A stretch of DNA of 64,000 nt from Nitrospinales bacterium (GTDB taxonomy: Bacteria > Nitrospinota > Nitrospinia > Nitrospinales > VA-1), in the NCBI GenBank assembly GCA_965223345.1, contig CBDCWG010000012.1, positions 2,624,001 to 2,688,000 of the forward strand, given 5' to 3'. Of the stretch, positions 1 through 10,299 are shown one piece after another. Both the position numbers and the translations under genes were made by a program. The stretch's first letter is position 1, and each line of letters begins with the position of its first letter. The notes below the pieces were generated by a model, which saw only the letters and a list, made by a program, of their open reading frames with translations, had not been told where the DNA came from and searched no databases.

Positions 1-8
1 AGCTCTTA

Positions 9-1898
9 TTGCGGCCGTTTGCGCGCGCCGCCCTGGCCGCGGCGCTGCTCATACTGGCGGCGTGTTCCGCCCTGCCCTTTTCTTCGTCCGACGAAGCGGA
101 AGGCGACGCGCAGGCGGAAGCGGGCGAGAGCGAAAAGAAAAAGAGCAAGTACGAGGTGGAGGTGAAAGGACTCGAAGACAAGGAGATCCTCAAGGTGGTA
201 GAGGCTTCGTCCAATCTCGTGCAGATGGCCAAGGAACCCCTTTCCAGCCCGGTGGGGCTGATTCAGCGGGCGCGCGCCGACCGGGAGCGCATTCAGAATG
301 TGCTGAAATCCTTCGGGCATTTCGCCGGCAAAGTGAAGATGCAGATTGCGGGGCAGGCTCTCGACAACGTCCGCCCTTCCCTGCTGCGGCGGGAAGAAAC
401 GCCGAAGGTAATGATCGAAGTCGAACCGGGGCCGCAGTACACGTTCGGCAAGGTCGAGCTCAAGGGGCTGGAGCGCGCGGAGCTGAGGGACATATCGCCC
501 GATCTGACGACCGGCGACCCCGCCAAGGGACAGGCGGTGCTGGAAGCGGAACGGGAAATCGTCGCGCGGGCGAAGCTTGCGGGTTTTCCCTATGTGAAAC
601 GGACCTCGCGCAAAATGATGCTGCATCATGAGCAGAGGACGATCGATCTGTTCTGGGTGTTCGAACCGGGACCGCTGGCGTCGATGGGCCCTGTGTTCAT
701 CGAGGGGCTGGAACGCACGCATGAGGATTTTATTGCCAAAATGGTGCCCTGGAAATCGGGAGATCAATACGACCCGCGGGTTCTGGAAGAATTTCGCAGC
801 GATCTTTCCGGGATGGATCTGTTTTCCTCCATCAAGCTGACGCTTCCGGATGGAAAAAAACACCCGGAAAAATATTTCGAAGCGCCCATGGACATCGGGC
901 TCAAACTCAAGGAAAAGGACGCGCGCTTTTTCGGGTTCGGCGCCGACTACTCGACGACGGAAGGCATCGGCATCGAAGCCTACTGGGGCCACCGCAACCT
1001 GTTCGGCCGTGGAGAGAGATTGAAAGTGACCGGGCGCGTGGGGCGGCTCGTGGAAAACGATTTCGACAAGATCGACAAAAGCCTGGGCTTGAGTTTTCGC
1101 AAACCGGATTTTCTGACGCGCAAGCAGGATCTGTTGTTCGATTTTGAAATTCTCAACGAAAATCCGGACGCGTTCGAACGCGACGCGGTGACCAGCGCCG
1201 TGGGCATCGAGCGCTACCTGACGGAAACGCTGTCGTTCAGCGGCGGCGTGAGTGCGGAGTATTCCAAGATCACCGACAACGACAGCGAGGAGGAGTTTTT
1301 GATCTTCGGGTTCCCGCTGGCGCTCAGGCACGACACGACGGACGATCTTCTGGATGCCAAACGCGGCTGGCGCAACGAGATCCGGGTCACGCCCTACACG
1401 ATTGCGGTGGGGGAAGGGGATTCGTTCACAGTGACGCGCCTGATCAGCCGGACGTATCACCGGCTGCTGGGCAACGACAGAATCGTGCTGGCAGGACGGG
1501 TCGGCCTGGGGGCCACCTTCGGCTCCGACACGCAAGAGATCCCGGCGAACAAACGGTTTTTTGCAGGCGGCGGCGGTTCGGTGCGCGGCTACGAGTTCCA
1601 GAACGTCGGTCCGCTGGACGTCGACAACGAACCGGTGGGCGGCCGCAGCCTGATCGAGGTCAGCGCCGAGATCCGTTTCCGGTACAAGGATTTCGGCATC
1701 GTGCCGTTCCTGGACGGCGGCAATGTGTACGATTCGGAGTTGCCCAAGTTCGATGAGAATCTGCAATGGGGCGCGGGTGTGGGTTTTCGCTATTACTCGA
1801 AGATCGGTCCCCTGCGCGCCGATCTGGCGTTTCCGCTCAACCGGCGTGAGAACGACGACCCGGTGGCGTTTTACATCAGCATCGGGCAGGCGTTTTAG
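9..1898 (+). CDS. tamA: Omp85-family TamA/TamL outer-membrane assembly protein
   Basis: POTRA-like region, GGGGSVRGY motif, C-terminal ISIGQAF, adjacent to tamB; frame open to window edge so start uncertain; lipobox-like LAAC. Confidence 0.88.
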   Translation: MRPFARAALAAALLILAACSALPFSSSDEAEGDAQAEAGESEKKKSKYEVEVKGLEDKEILKVVEASSNLVQMAKEPLSSPVGLIQRARADRERIQNVLKSFGHFAGKVKMQIAGQALDNVRPSLLRREETPKVMIEVEPGPQYTFGKVELKGLERAELRDISPDLTTGDPAKGQAVLEAEREIVARAKLAGFPYVKRTSRKMMLHHEQRTIDLFWVFEPGPLASMGPVFIEGLERTHEDFIAKMVPWKSGDQYDPRVLEEFRSDLSGMDLFSSIKLTLPDGKKHPEKYFEAPMDIGLKLKEKDARFFGFGADYSTTEGIGIEAYWGHRNLFGRGERLKVTGRVGRLVENDFDKIDKSLGLSFRKPDFLTRKQDLLFDFEILNENPDAFERDAVTSAVGIERYLTETLSFSGGVSAEYSKITDNDSEEEFLIFGFPLALRHDTTDDLLDAKRGWRNEIRVTPYTIAVGEGDSFTVTRLISRTYHRLLGNDRIVLAGRVGLGATFGSDTQEIPANKRFFAGGGGSVRGYEFQNVGPLDVDNEPVGGRSLIEVSAEIRFRYKDFGIVPFLDGGNVYDSELPKFDENLQWGAGVGFRYYSKIGPLRADLAFPLNRRENDDPVAFYISIGQAF

Positions 1899-1927
1899 GT
1901 TGGAAATTTTTGCGTAAGTCTCAAGAC

Positions 1928-1956
1928 TGTCATGCTTCGACAGGCTCAGCATGACA
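1928..1956. repeat. REP-like palindrome, module A
   Basis: TGTCATGCT-TCGACAGGCTC-AGCATGACA with 9-bp inverted arms; near-identical to 23077-23103. Confidence 0.85.
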
Positions 1957-1988
1957 ATCTTATGCAAAGATCTCAATAAAGGAACAGC

Positions 1989-4900
1989 ATGATTGCCATA
2001 GTGCGGATGATTGTAACCCTTGTGATCGCCGTCCTGCTGCTCGTTGTGGTGGGAGGTGCGGGGCTGTTCGCTTACCTCAAGACCGAGGCGGGACAGCAGC
2101 GCGTGGTGGGGTTGATCGAATCGGCCACCGAATCGGCGGACATGCAGGTGAAGTTAGGCTCGCTCAACGCGGCGCTGCCGGCTTTTCTGGAAGTCAACGG
2201 CATCCAGCTCGCCGACGCGGAAGGCGTGTGGCTGACCATCGACCGCTTCCGCTTCCGCTGGCATCCCACTTCGCTTTTCAAGGGCAAACTGAAAATCTCC
2301 GAACTCTCCTTCGGCACCATCGATGTGGCGCGTGCGCCGAAAACGCCGCCGAAGGAACCCGAACCCGCCAAACCCTCCGGCGGCACGCCCGGACTGCCGG
2401 TCACGATCGAGGTGGACCGCTTCGGCGCCGAGCGCATTCATCTGGCCGAGCCGGTTCTGGGGGAAGAAATCACCCTCACCTTCGCCAGCCGCGCCGCCTT
2501 TCTCGGCATGGGCGAGCGGGCGATCTTTGAGCTGGCGCTGGACCGCATCGACGCCACGCAGGCGTCCCTGACAGCGAGTTTCTCCTTCGTGCCCGATACG
2601 AAAATGCTGTCGATCGATCTGCTGGCGAAAGAGCCCGCCGGCGGTCTGGTCGTGCGCACGCTGGCGCTGCCCGGTCTGCCGCCGTTGAACGCCTCGATCC
2701 AGGGAAAGGGTCTGATCGAAGACTGGAAGGGCCGTTTCGGCCTGCGCGCCGGCTCCGGCTTCTGGGTGGAAGGAACGGCGGCGATCCGCGAACTGGCGAA
2801 AGAAAAGGAAGCCTACGCGCTCGATCTCAACATGCAGGCCAACGCGTCCGCCCTGCTGGATGCGAAAATGCAGCCGCTGCAGGGCGAGGCGGTGCGTGTG
2901 ACGTCGCGCATCCTGTTCGCCGATTCGGGCGACATCCGGCTTGAGCGCACGGAAATCGAAGCCCCGGCCGGAAAATTTTCGCTGGCCGGTGAGGTGAAAC
3001 CGCAGAGCCAGGAGATGGATCTGGATTACCAGTTGCTCGCTGGCCCCTCGGCTTTATTCAAAGAACTGGTGCCGGATGTGACGTGGAAGACCGTGCAGGT
3101 CTCCGGCAACGCCGGCGGCACGTTCGCCAAACCGGATGTGGCCGTGGAGCTTTCCGTGGCGTCGCTCACGGCGGCGGAGCTGACGGTTCCCGAGATCTTC
3201 GTGCGTCTCAAAGCGCTGCCGGACAAGCCACTCGGCCAGCCGGGCACGAAGCTGGCGCTGACGGGCAACGGCCGCGTCGCTCTGCCCGAGGGCGGGCCCC
3301 CGGTATTGAAAAACATTCCGCTGGAGCCGCTGACCTGGACCGTCAATGCGGCGGTACTTGCCGATGCCAAGCGGGTGGATCTGAATTCGCTGCACGCGAC
3401 GTTGAAAGCGGTGGTGCTGGATGTCAACGGCCGCCTGGATGAATGGGGGCAGCGGGCCGCGCTCAAGACGCGCATCGCCCTGCCCGATCTGGCGGCGTTC
3501 TCCAAAGTTGCGGGCATGCCGCTCAAAGGCAAGCTGAACCTCGACCTCGACACCCGCGTTGCGGACGCCGGGCAGGCGGCGGAAGTGCAACTGGCGTCTC
3601 TGATTCAGGGGCTGGTGACGGCGAACCCCCCGGTGGACGCTCTGGTCGGCGAGCGGGTCGAGATCAAGGGCACGCTGAAACGCGGCAAAAACGGTCTCAC
3701 CGAGGTCAAGAAGCTCACGATTGAAACCGCCGCGGTGGACACGGCGCTGGACGCCGCTCTGAAACCCGATCAGACCGTGCGGGCGAACTGGTCGGTGACG
3801 GTTGCGGACCTCGCGCCGGTGGCGAAAGCGCTGGATAAGCCGCTCTCCGGCGGCATCCGCATGCGCGGCAACGCTTCGGGCTCCGTGGATTCTCCCGCCG
3901 TGCGTGTGGAAGTGGCGAGTCAGAATCTGGTTTTCGATGGCAAACCGCTCAAAACCGAGGTGGCGCTCGATGCGCGCGATCTGGCGAAGAACCCGAAAGG
4001 CAAGCTTGAGGTGCAGGCCGAAGCGGAGAACATCCCCGCCACCGTGTCCACGCGGTTTGCGCTCAGGAACAACGAGCACCTGCACCTGGACGACCTGCGC
4101 CTCGCCTCGCTGGGGGCTTCCATCGAGGGCGCTCTCAAGGTGGCGCTGAAATCGGGGACGGCGCGCGGCACGCTGCGCGGCGGCGTGAAGGATTTTTCCG
4201 GCATCAACCGGCTGGCGCAGCAGAAGCTGTCGGGCGATGTGAACTTCAAGGCCGACCTCGCCGATACAAACGGTCAGGATGTGACGTTCGCGCTGCGCGG
4301 GAAAAATCTCAGGCTTGACGGCGAATCCCCCCTCAAAGTGGCGAAGGTGGAAGCGGACGGCAAGGTCCTCGATGCGACGGGCAAGCTCAAGCTGGACAGC
4401 CGCGTGTCCATCGCCGGGGTCGAGAACGCGGCGGCGACGGTGAAAATGCTCGATCTCACGGCCAAGGGCGGGCTCGAGCAATTGAATTTCCAACTGGCGA
4501 CGGTGGCCGTGCAGACCGAAGGCCCGGAGCTTGCGCTCAAATCCGCGGGCGTTGTGAAAGTCGAGGAAACCGGTCAGACCGTGGTGCTCAACCGCTTCGA
4601 GGGCGAGGCGGTGAAGATCCCGTTCAAGACCGTGCGTCCCGCCACGTTCACGATGTCCGGGCAACGCATGGCGCTCAACGATTTCATTCTGGCGATCCGC
4701 GACGGCAAGATCGCGGCGGATTTTGCGATGGACTCGGCCAGCGCCCAGGCCAAGGTGGCGATCGAGAAAATGCCACTGGCGCTCGCCAACGTGGCGAGCC
4801 CGACGCTGGATCTTTCCGGGCGGCTGGACGGCAAAGTCACGCTGTCCACGCAGGCGGACAAGCCCGGCGCATTCGTGGAACTGGCGGCGCGCGACATCAA

Positions 4901-6386
4901 AACGGGGGCGATCCAGGATTTTCCCGCGGCGAGTGCGGATGTGAATGTGGAGTGGACCGGGCAGGAGGCCACTTTGAAGCTGGTGGCGGTACAGCCTCCC
5001 GCTGCCAACTTCGATGTGGATGCGAGCGTGCCGCTGTTTCTCAAACAGGGCCCCTTCGGGTTCGAACTGCCGCCGGACGCACAGCTCAAGGCGGAAGCGG
5101 TTGGCGAACTGGTGCTGGAACGTCTCAACGATCTGCTGCTGCCGAACGGCGACCAGATCAAGGGAACCGTGAACCTGGATGCCAGGGTGTCCGGAACGAT
5201 GAAGAAACCCAATGTCGTCGCGGACGTTTCCATGGACGACGGGCAGTTCGAAAGTTTGCAGTTCGGCACCCTGATCCAGGCGATGAAACTGAAAGTGCAC
5301 GGCGACATGCAGGAAGTCAAACTAGAAACCTTTTCCGGCAGCACGCCCAACGGCGGCAGCCTGAACGCTTCCGGAAAGGTGGATTTTTCCGACATGAAGA
5401 ACATCCTGGCGGACCTGTCCGTGAAAACCGACAAGGCGCAGCTGACGGCGATGGACACGATGGTTGCGGTGGTGAGCAGCGGCCTTGAGTTCAAGGGCCC
5501 TTTGAAGAAGGCGCAGCTCAAGGGAGACATCGTCCTGGATAGGGTCGAGGTGTTTCTGCCCAACACGCTGCCGCCCAGTGTGGTGGTGCTGGATGTGGAA
5601 GAAGCGAAGAAAAAGGGCGAAGGCGGATCCGGCGAGGATGGAGCCGAGCCGAAGGAAAAAGAACCGCCGATGGAAATCGGCCTGGATGTGAAGGTGCGCA
5701 CACCGAACCCCATTTTTGTGCGTGGACGCGGGCTGGACACGCAGCTTGCCGGAAACCTGCACGTGACCGGCACATCGCTGGACCCGGCGGTGGACGGCGT
5801 GTTCGAGATGCGCAAGGGATCGATGGACCTGCTCAGCCGCAAGGTGTCGTTCAACAAGGGCGTGGTTTCGTTCGACGGCGTGCCCCGGCGCGATCCGCTG
5901 CTGGATTTCAAGGCGGACATTCCCTGGAAGGACGTGGTGCTGCACGTCATCGTCAAGGGACCGGCGGGCAACCCGCAAATTCAACTGGCCTCGACGCCCG
6001 AACTGCCGCAGGACGAGATCCTGGCGCGGCTTCTGTTCGACAAGACCGCCGGCGCCATGACGCCGCTGGAAGCGGTGCAGCTCGCCAACTCCGCGGCGCA
6101 GCTTGCCGGTCTGGGAGGCCAGGGACCGGGCATCATGGACGAGGTGCGGGGTTCGCTGGGGCTGGACACGCTGAAATTCGGCGGCGGCAGCGGCGACACC
6201 GGCCCCGGTGTGGAAGCCGGGAAATACGTTGCCGAGGGTGTCTACGTCGGCGTCAAGCAGGGATTGAACACCGAACAGAGCTCCGCCGTGGTGGAGTACG
6301 AGATCACACCCAATGTCAAAGTGGAAAGCGACATCGGCGCCAACTCGGAATCGCGGCTGGGCATCAACATGGAATGGGATTATTGA
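1989..6386 (+). CDS. tamB: Translocation and assembly module TamB (DUF490 C-terminus)
   Basis: 1465 aa, N-terminal TM anchor, beta-rich body, C-terminal LPQDEILARLLF...GKYV...EWDY. Confidence 0.9.
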   Translation: MIAIVRMIVTLVIAVLLLVVVGGAGLFAYLKTEAGQQRVVGLIESATESADMQVKLGSLNAALPAFLEVNGIQLADAEGVWLTIDRFRFRWHPTSLFKGKLKISELSFGTIDVARAPKTPPKEPEPAKPSGGTPGLPVTIEVDRFGAERIHLAEPVLGEEITLTFASRAAFLGMGERAIFELALDRIDATQASLTASFSFVPDTKMLSIDLLAKEPAGGLVVRTLALPGLPPLNASIQGKGLIEDWKGRFGLRAGSGFWVEGTAAIRELAKEKEAYALDLNMQANASALLDAKMQPLQGEAVRVTSRILFADSGDIRLERTEIEAPAGKFSLAGEVKPQSQEMDLDYQLLAGPSALFKELVPDVTWKTVQVSGNAGGTFAKPDVAVELSVASLTAAELTVPEIFVRLKALPDKPLGQPGTKLALTGNGRVALPEGGPPVLKNIPLEPLTWTVNAAVLADAKRVDLNSLHATLKAVVLDVNGRLDEWGQRAALKTRIALPDLAAFSKVAGMPLKGKLNLDLDTRVADAGQAAEVQLASLIQGLVTANPPVDALVGERVEIKGTLKRGKNGLTEVKKLTIETAAVDTALDAALKPDQTVRANWSVTVADLAPVAKALDKPLSGGIRMRGNASGSVDSPAVRVEVASQNLVFDGKPLKTEVALDARDLAKNPKGKLEVQAEAENIPATVSTRFALRNNEHLHLDDLRLASLGASIEGALKVALKSGTARGTLRGGVKDFSGINRLAQQKLSGDVNFKADLADTNGQDVTFALRGKNLRLDGESPLKVAKVEADGKVLDATGKLKLDSRVSIAGVENAAATVKMLDLTAKGGLEQLNFQLATVAVQTEGPELALKSAGVVKVEETGQTVVLNRFEGEAVKIPFKTVRPATFTMSGQRMALNDFILAIRDGKIAADFAMDSASAQAKVAIEKMPLALANVASPTLDLSGRLDGKVTLSTQADKPGAFVELAARDIKTGAIQDFPAASADVNVEWTGQEATLKLVAVQPPAANFDVDASVPLFLKQGPFGFELPPDAQLKAEAVGELVLERLNDLLLPNGDQIKGTVNLDARVSGTMKKPNVVADVSMDDGQFESLQFGTLIQAMKLKVHGDMQEVKLETFSGSTPNGGSLNASGKVDFSDMKNILADLSVKTDKAQLTAMDTMVAVVSSGLEFKGPLKKAQLKGDIVLDRVEVFLPNTLPPSVVVLDVEEAKKKGEGGSGEDGAEPKEKEPPMEIGLDVKVRTPNPIFVRGRGLDTQLAGNLHVTGTSLDPAVDGVFEMRKGSMDLLSRKVSFNKGVVSFDGVPRRDPLLDFKADIPWKDVVLHVIVKGPAGNPQIQLASTPELPQDEILARLLFDKTAGAMTPLEAVQLANSAAQLAGLGGQGPGIMDEVRGSLGLDTLKFGGGSGDTGPGVEAGKYVAEGVYVGVKQGLNTEQSSAVVEYEITPNVKVESDIGANSESRLGINMEWDY

Positions 6387-6407
6387 CCGGCGGCAACGGT
6401 GAACGGT

Positions 6408-6436
6408 GGGGGATGAAAAAAAAATATCCCCCTTTT
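6408..6436 (+). terminator. Putative intrinsic terminator after tamB
   Basis: GGGGGAT...ATCCCCC stem followed by TTTT. Confidence 0.5.
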
Positions 6437-6530
6437 GAAAAACTTTTTGTATGATCTGTTTCATGCCCTTTAAATCAAACGCGTTATTATTTTCGAACCC
6501 CGAATTTTCAATTTTCAAGGAACCGCTCTC

Positions 6531-7205
6531 ATGAAAACGATCCAAGAACGACATCTGCGACTGGTTTTTTTGCTCACTCTGGTCCCCTGGCTGATGGGCG
6601 GTTGCCAGAGTATGTATTACAACACCATGGAAAAATTCGGCACGCACAAGCGGGACATTCTGGTGGACCGCATCGAGGCCGCGCGCGATTCGCAGACCGA
6701 GGCCAAGGAGCAGTTCAAGGATGCGCTGGAACAGTTCACGGTGGTGATGAACGTCAAGGGCGGCGAGCTGGAGGAGAAATACAAGAAAATCAACGCGGCC
6801 TACGAGGACAGCGAAGAACGGGCGCAGGATGTGCGCGACCGCATCGACAAGGTGGAACACGTCGCCGGGGCGCTGTTCGACGAATGGGAGGACGAACTGG
6901 AGCAGTTCACCAACGCCAAGATGAAACGCAACAGCCAGTCGAAGCTGAACACCACGAAACGCCGGTACGGCAAGCTCATCAACGCCATGAAACGCGCGGA
7001 GACCAAGATCCAGCCGGTCCTGTCCTCGTTCAAGAACCAGGTGCTGACTTTAAAACACAACCTCAACGCGGCGGCCATCGCCTCCCTGCAGGACGAGCTG
7101 GTGGCGGTGGAGACGGACGTGAAAGCGCTGATCAAGGAAATGGAGCAGTCCATCGCCGAAGCCGACGCGTTCATCAACAGCATGGAAGCCGAAAACGTGG
7201 GGTGA
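6531..7205 (+). CDS. DUF2959-family lipoprotein
   Basis: GCQSMYYNTMEKFGTHKRDILVDR and LKHNLNAAAIASL motifs; AAGGA RBS. Confidence 0.85.
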   Translation: MKTIQERHLRLVFLLTLVPWLMGGCQSMYYNTMEKFGTHKRDILVDRIEAARDSQTEAKEQFKDALEQFTVVMNVKGGELEEKYKKINAAYEDSEERAQDVRDRIDKVEHVAGALFDEWEDELEQFTNAKMKRNSQSKLNTTKRRYGKLINAMKRAETKIQPVLSSFKNQVLTLKHNLNAAAIASLQDELVAVETDVKALIKEMEQSIAEADAFINSMEAENVG

Positions 7206-7240
7206 GTGTCAGGGCTGGGTGATTGGTAATTTGGCCGGAT

Positions 7241-7552
7241 TCAAAGCCAAAGGTTGCCAAGAAAGACAGTCAAAGAGACGGTGACGGGCGGGATCAATTG
7301 ATAAAACCACTTGCCGGGGATATTTTTTTTAATGGCCCTCGCCGCGATCCACAAGGCAAGAGCCGTGGGTGTGCTGGTCCAAAAAACGACCACACTTTTC
7401 CCGGCGGCTTCATATTGAAACTCCGTATGGGGAATGATATTGTAGTCCAGGGCGATGAATCCTGCCCAGAAAAAAAACAGTCCGACGATTCCGGCAAGAC
7501 ACGCCAGGAACATCTCTACAGTGGTGAGTATAACTAACGGTCTGGCTTTCAT
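7241..7552 (-). CDS. Small hypothetical membrane protein
   Basis: 103 aa, about 3 hydrophobic segments, co-directional and 24 bp downstream of ankyrin gene. Confidence 0.55.
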   Translation of the reverse strand: MKARPLVILTTVEMFLACLAGIVGLFFFWAGFIALDYNIIPHTEFQYEAAGKSVVVFWTSTPTALALWIAARAIKKNIPGKWFYQLIPPVTVSLTVFLGNLWL

Positions 7553-7576
7553 AGGCGATCGAGAGATAGAGTGTTG

Positions 7577-8596
7577 TCAGGAGTCGCTGCGCAATAATGC
7601 ATCGATCAGTGTGTCCTCATACCTGAAATGCGCCAGCCTCAAAGGCGTCAATCCTTTCGAACCCAGGACCGGATTGGCGCCGTGCTCAAGAAGCATTGCC
7701 ACCATATTCTGATCTTTTTTTGCGACCGCATAGTAAAGGGGCGTCAGCCTCAGACGGTCCCTGATATTGGGATCGGCCTTATACTGTAAAAGCAATTTGG
7801 CAATCTCAGGTTTTTTGTGAAAGACCGCGAGGTGCAATTGAGTTTTCTTTTTCTTGTTCAGCCTGTTGGGGTCGGCTCCGTGCTGCAGCAGCAATTCGGT
7901 GATCTCAACGTATCCGTTGAAGGCGGAATAATCCAGATTTGAGAATCCGTCGGGTTCCACGAAGTTGGGATCGGCCCCCTGACTCAAAAGATAGGCCACC
8001 ACAGGGATGTTATTGTTCTGGACTGCGCAGTAAATAGCCGGGCAGCCTTGGACGTCTGTCGTATGGATATCCGACCCGTGCTCCACCAGAATCCGGGCGA
8101 TCACGCTGTCCCCGTGCCACTTCTTAAACGCGCTGGAGATCAAGGGCGTCTGCCCCAGGCCGTTCCTCGAATCCACCTCGGCTCCGTGTTTCAGCAAGGA
8201 TTTCACCACCTCCGGATGATGGTAATCCGCGGCGATGTGCAGGGGGTAAAAACCGTAGATGGCGCGTGCGTTCGGATTGGCGCCGCGTTCCAGAAGCAGG
8301 TTCACAACAGCCGTCCGCCCCCTTTTTGCTGCGACGTATAATGGAGTGCGCTGGTAGTCGTTCCGGACTTCCATCCTCTCCCCCTGATCGAGGAGGCGGC
8401 GCACTTCTTCCAGTTCTCCCCTTGCCGCGGCGAAATGCAGCGGTGTCCAGCCTCCCCCGGAAGGGATATCGGCCATGCGCTCCTGGGGTGTTTTTGCTCT
8501 CTCAATGGCCATCCAAATAGTGGTGCGAAGGTCACTGAAGACGGATGCCAGTAGCAGGCAGAAAAACACCAGCGGATTCATCAGAATGGTGGACAC
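7577..8596 (-). CDS. Ankyrin-repeat protein with N-terminal hydrophobic segment
   Basis: About 9 repeats of G-x-TPLH/GADPN type; GTG start with GAGGAG RBS. Confidence 0.92.
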   Translation of the reverse strand: MSTILMNPLVFFCLLLASVFSDLRTTIWMAIERAKTPQERMADIPSGGGWTPLHFAAARGELEEVRRLLDQGERMEVRNDYQRTPLYVAAKRGRTAVVNLLLERGANPNARAIYGFYPLHIAADYHHPEVVKSLLKHGAEVDSRNGLGQTPLISSAFKKWHGDSVIARILVEHGSDIHTTDVQGCPAIYCAVQNNNIPVVAYLLSQGADPNFVEPDGFSNLDYSAFNGYVEITELLLQHGADPNRLNKKKKTQLHLAVFHKKPEIAKLLLQYKADPNIRDRLRLTPLYYAVAKKDQNMVAMLLEHGANPVLGSKGLTPLRLAHFRYEDTLIDALLRSDS

Positions 8597-8635
8597 GCGG
8601 ACTCCTCAGAGGGTTGTAATGGCCTGTAAAAATAG

Positions 8636-8652
8636 AGCAAAGCGCATGCCAA
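8636..8652 (-). promoter_or_regulatory. Sigma54 (-24/-12) promoter for ankyrin gene
   Basis: Minus strand TTGGCATGCGCTTTGCT with exact GG-N10-GC spacing; IHF consensus AATCAATGGGTTA at 8697-8709. Confidence 0.7.
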
Positions 8653-8794
8653 ACTCCTGCCCTTGAAAAACCGCCAGTTGTGGATAGTTATATGTAAATC
8701 AATGGGTTACCGATGCATTAATTCAGACAGCTGTGCATGATTTATGACAGAATCGACTTATACTGGGAGTGATACTCATTCACAAAGGAAAGCC

Positions 8795-9565
8795 ATGAAG
8801 GTTTTTATACGTTCGGTTGGAGTTGCCGGATTTCTGCTGTTTGGCGCCCTACTCTTCTTGACTTACAACATTCCCAATGGTGTCGAGAAAGCCGGACAAG
8901 GATTCATTCGCTATCAAGTGGAAAAGGAAGTCGAAAAGAAGCTGGGTTCTCTTGCATCCGGTGGCTTTGCGGAAAAAGCTCGTTTTCTGGCCGGGAAGTA
9001 TCAACAAGACATCGACTCCACTCTGCAAAATTTGCAACAGGGACTTCCTGAGAAAATTGCCACTGTTATTGCCAAGCTTTGCGGGTGGGACTGCGAGAAA
9101 AAGAAGCAGTTTTCGCAATCGATTGAGGAAGGTTTTCGCGATAAAATCAAAAGTCTCACTGGCGCCAAAGACGTTCTGACCGGGCTGATTCGCGGCAAAT
9201 ACCTGGAAGTCGTGACAAACCTGACCCGGGATGTCCGGATTTTTCTTGCCAGCAATGCTTTCCTGTTTGGTTTTGTGGCGCTGGTGTCGTATATGAAGCC
9301 CCAGAGTTTTCGTCACTTGATTCTAACCTTAACTTTGCTTCTTTTGGCTGCTTTTATCTGTTCGGTGCTCTATTTGTTCGGTCAGAACTGGTTTTTTACC
9401 TTGATCTACAATGATTACATGGGGTGGGCCTACCTGGTATACGTTTGCCTGATCTTTGGCTTTTTCCTGGACATCCTTTTAAACCGGGCACGAGCGACCA
9501 CCCGGATCCTGAACGGTATTGTGGATATTGTCGGGAACACCACCATGAGTTTCACTCCTTGCTGA
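8795..9565 (+). CDS. Hypothetical membrane protein
   Basis: ATG 8795 with AAAGGA RBS; one N-terminal and about 3 C-terminal TM segments; CxxxC in soluble loop. Confidence 0.75.
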   Translation: MKVFIRSVGVAGFLLFGALLFLTYNIPNGVEKAGQGFIRYQVEKEVEKKLGSLASGGFAEKARFLAGKYQQDIDSTLQNLQQGLPEKIATVIAKLCGWDCEKKKQFSQSIEEGFRDKIKSLTGAKDVLTGLIRGKYLEVVTNLTRDVRIFLASNAFLFGFVALVSYMKPQSFRHLILTLTLLLLAAFICSVLYLFGQNWFFTLIYNDYMGWAYLVYVCLIFGFFLDILLNRARATTRILNGIVDIVGNTTMSFTPC

Positions 9566-9605
9566 TCGCATTAAATCTTTGTCAAAAAACAATGGAAATC
9601 CTGCA

Positions 9606-10133
9606 ATGAAAAAAAATATGGTTATGGCCTTCCTGGCATGGGTGCTCTTGCTCATGTGCGCGTCTTTTTCGCTGGCGGAGGGCAATGCCTCTGAGGACGA
9701 TGTCGTGTATCGCGATCCGTTCACGCTGAAGTTGCGGATGGATGACGAACACTACTACCGGCAGAAGCTGGACAAGATCCCCTATGTTTACCGCAACGAT
9801 GTGTATCTCTTTTCCGGTGAAGCGTTCGGCATCGATCTGGCAATCGCCGATGGGCGTGTGCAGCGGGTGAACTACCGCAAAAAGCCGGAAGGCGCGGACA
9901 TCGAATTGCGGTTTGGGCAGCGGATGGTGAAGGGGAAAAAGTGGATCATGCTGCTGATGATCAAAAGCAACCTGACCGAACCGGTTTACCTGGATGGGTT
10001 CATGACCTTGCCCGGCAAACAGGGAATTTATGAGACCCCGATCCTTCCCCTGCAACCCGGGGTGAAAGGTTATGAATCCTGGCCTCATCCCATCGCTCAA
10101 CTGGTGTTGCGGAATTTCAGGTTCAAGAAGTGA
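9606..10133 (+). CDS. Hypothetical exported protein
   Basis: Signal-peptide-like N-terminus; ends ESWPHPIAQLVLRNFRF. Confidence 0.75.
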   Translation: MKKNMVMAFLAWVLLLMCASFSLAEGNASEDDVVYRDPFTLKLRMDDEHYYRQKLDKIPYVYRNDVYLFSGEAFGIDLAIADGRVQRVNYRKKPEGADIELRFGQRMVKGKKWIMLLMIKSNLTEPVYLDGFMTLPGKQGIYETPILPLQPGVKGYESWPHPIAQLVLRNFRFKK

Positions 10134-10154
10134 ACGATTTTCTTTCTGCGATCA

Positions 10155-10195
10155 TGCAGGGTGTTTTTTCCGGTGCATTCGAAAAAACGCCTGCA
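10155..10195. terminator. Inverted repeat between convergent genes
   Basis: TGCAGGGTGTTTTTTC...GAAAAAACGCCTGCA imperfect stem. Confidence 0.45.
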
Positions 10196-10299
10196 CATGC
10201 AGACTGAGTTTGAGCCTCCAGATGTCCAGATAGAGCAGCCACGCCTGCGTTTTTTGTGAGTGGAATATTCTTGCCATTTTGGGTCCCTTATCTTTCGGG

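Noticed and set aside
6..1976. 656-aa antisense ORF over tamA, and similar long antisense ORFs (3054-5300, 17894-20854, 32365-35955, 43744-45870, 58024-59814)
   Set aside because: Shadow frames of high-GC genes; no motifs; the opposite strand has clear family hits
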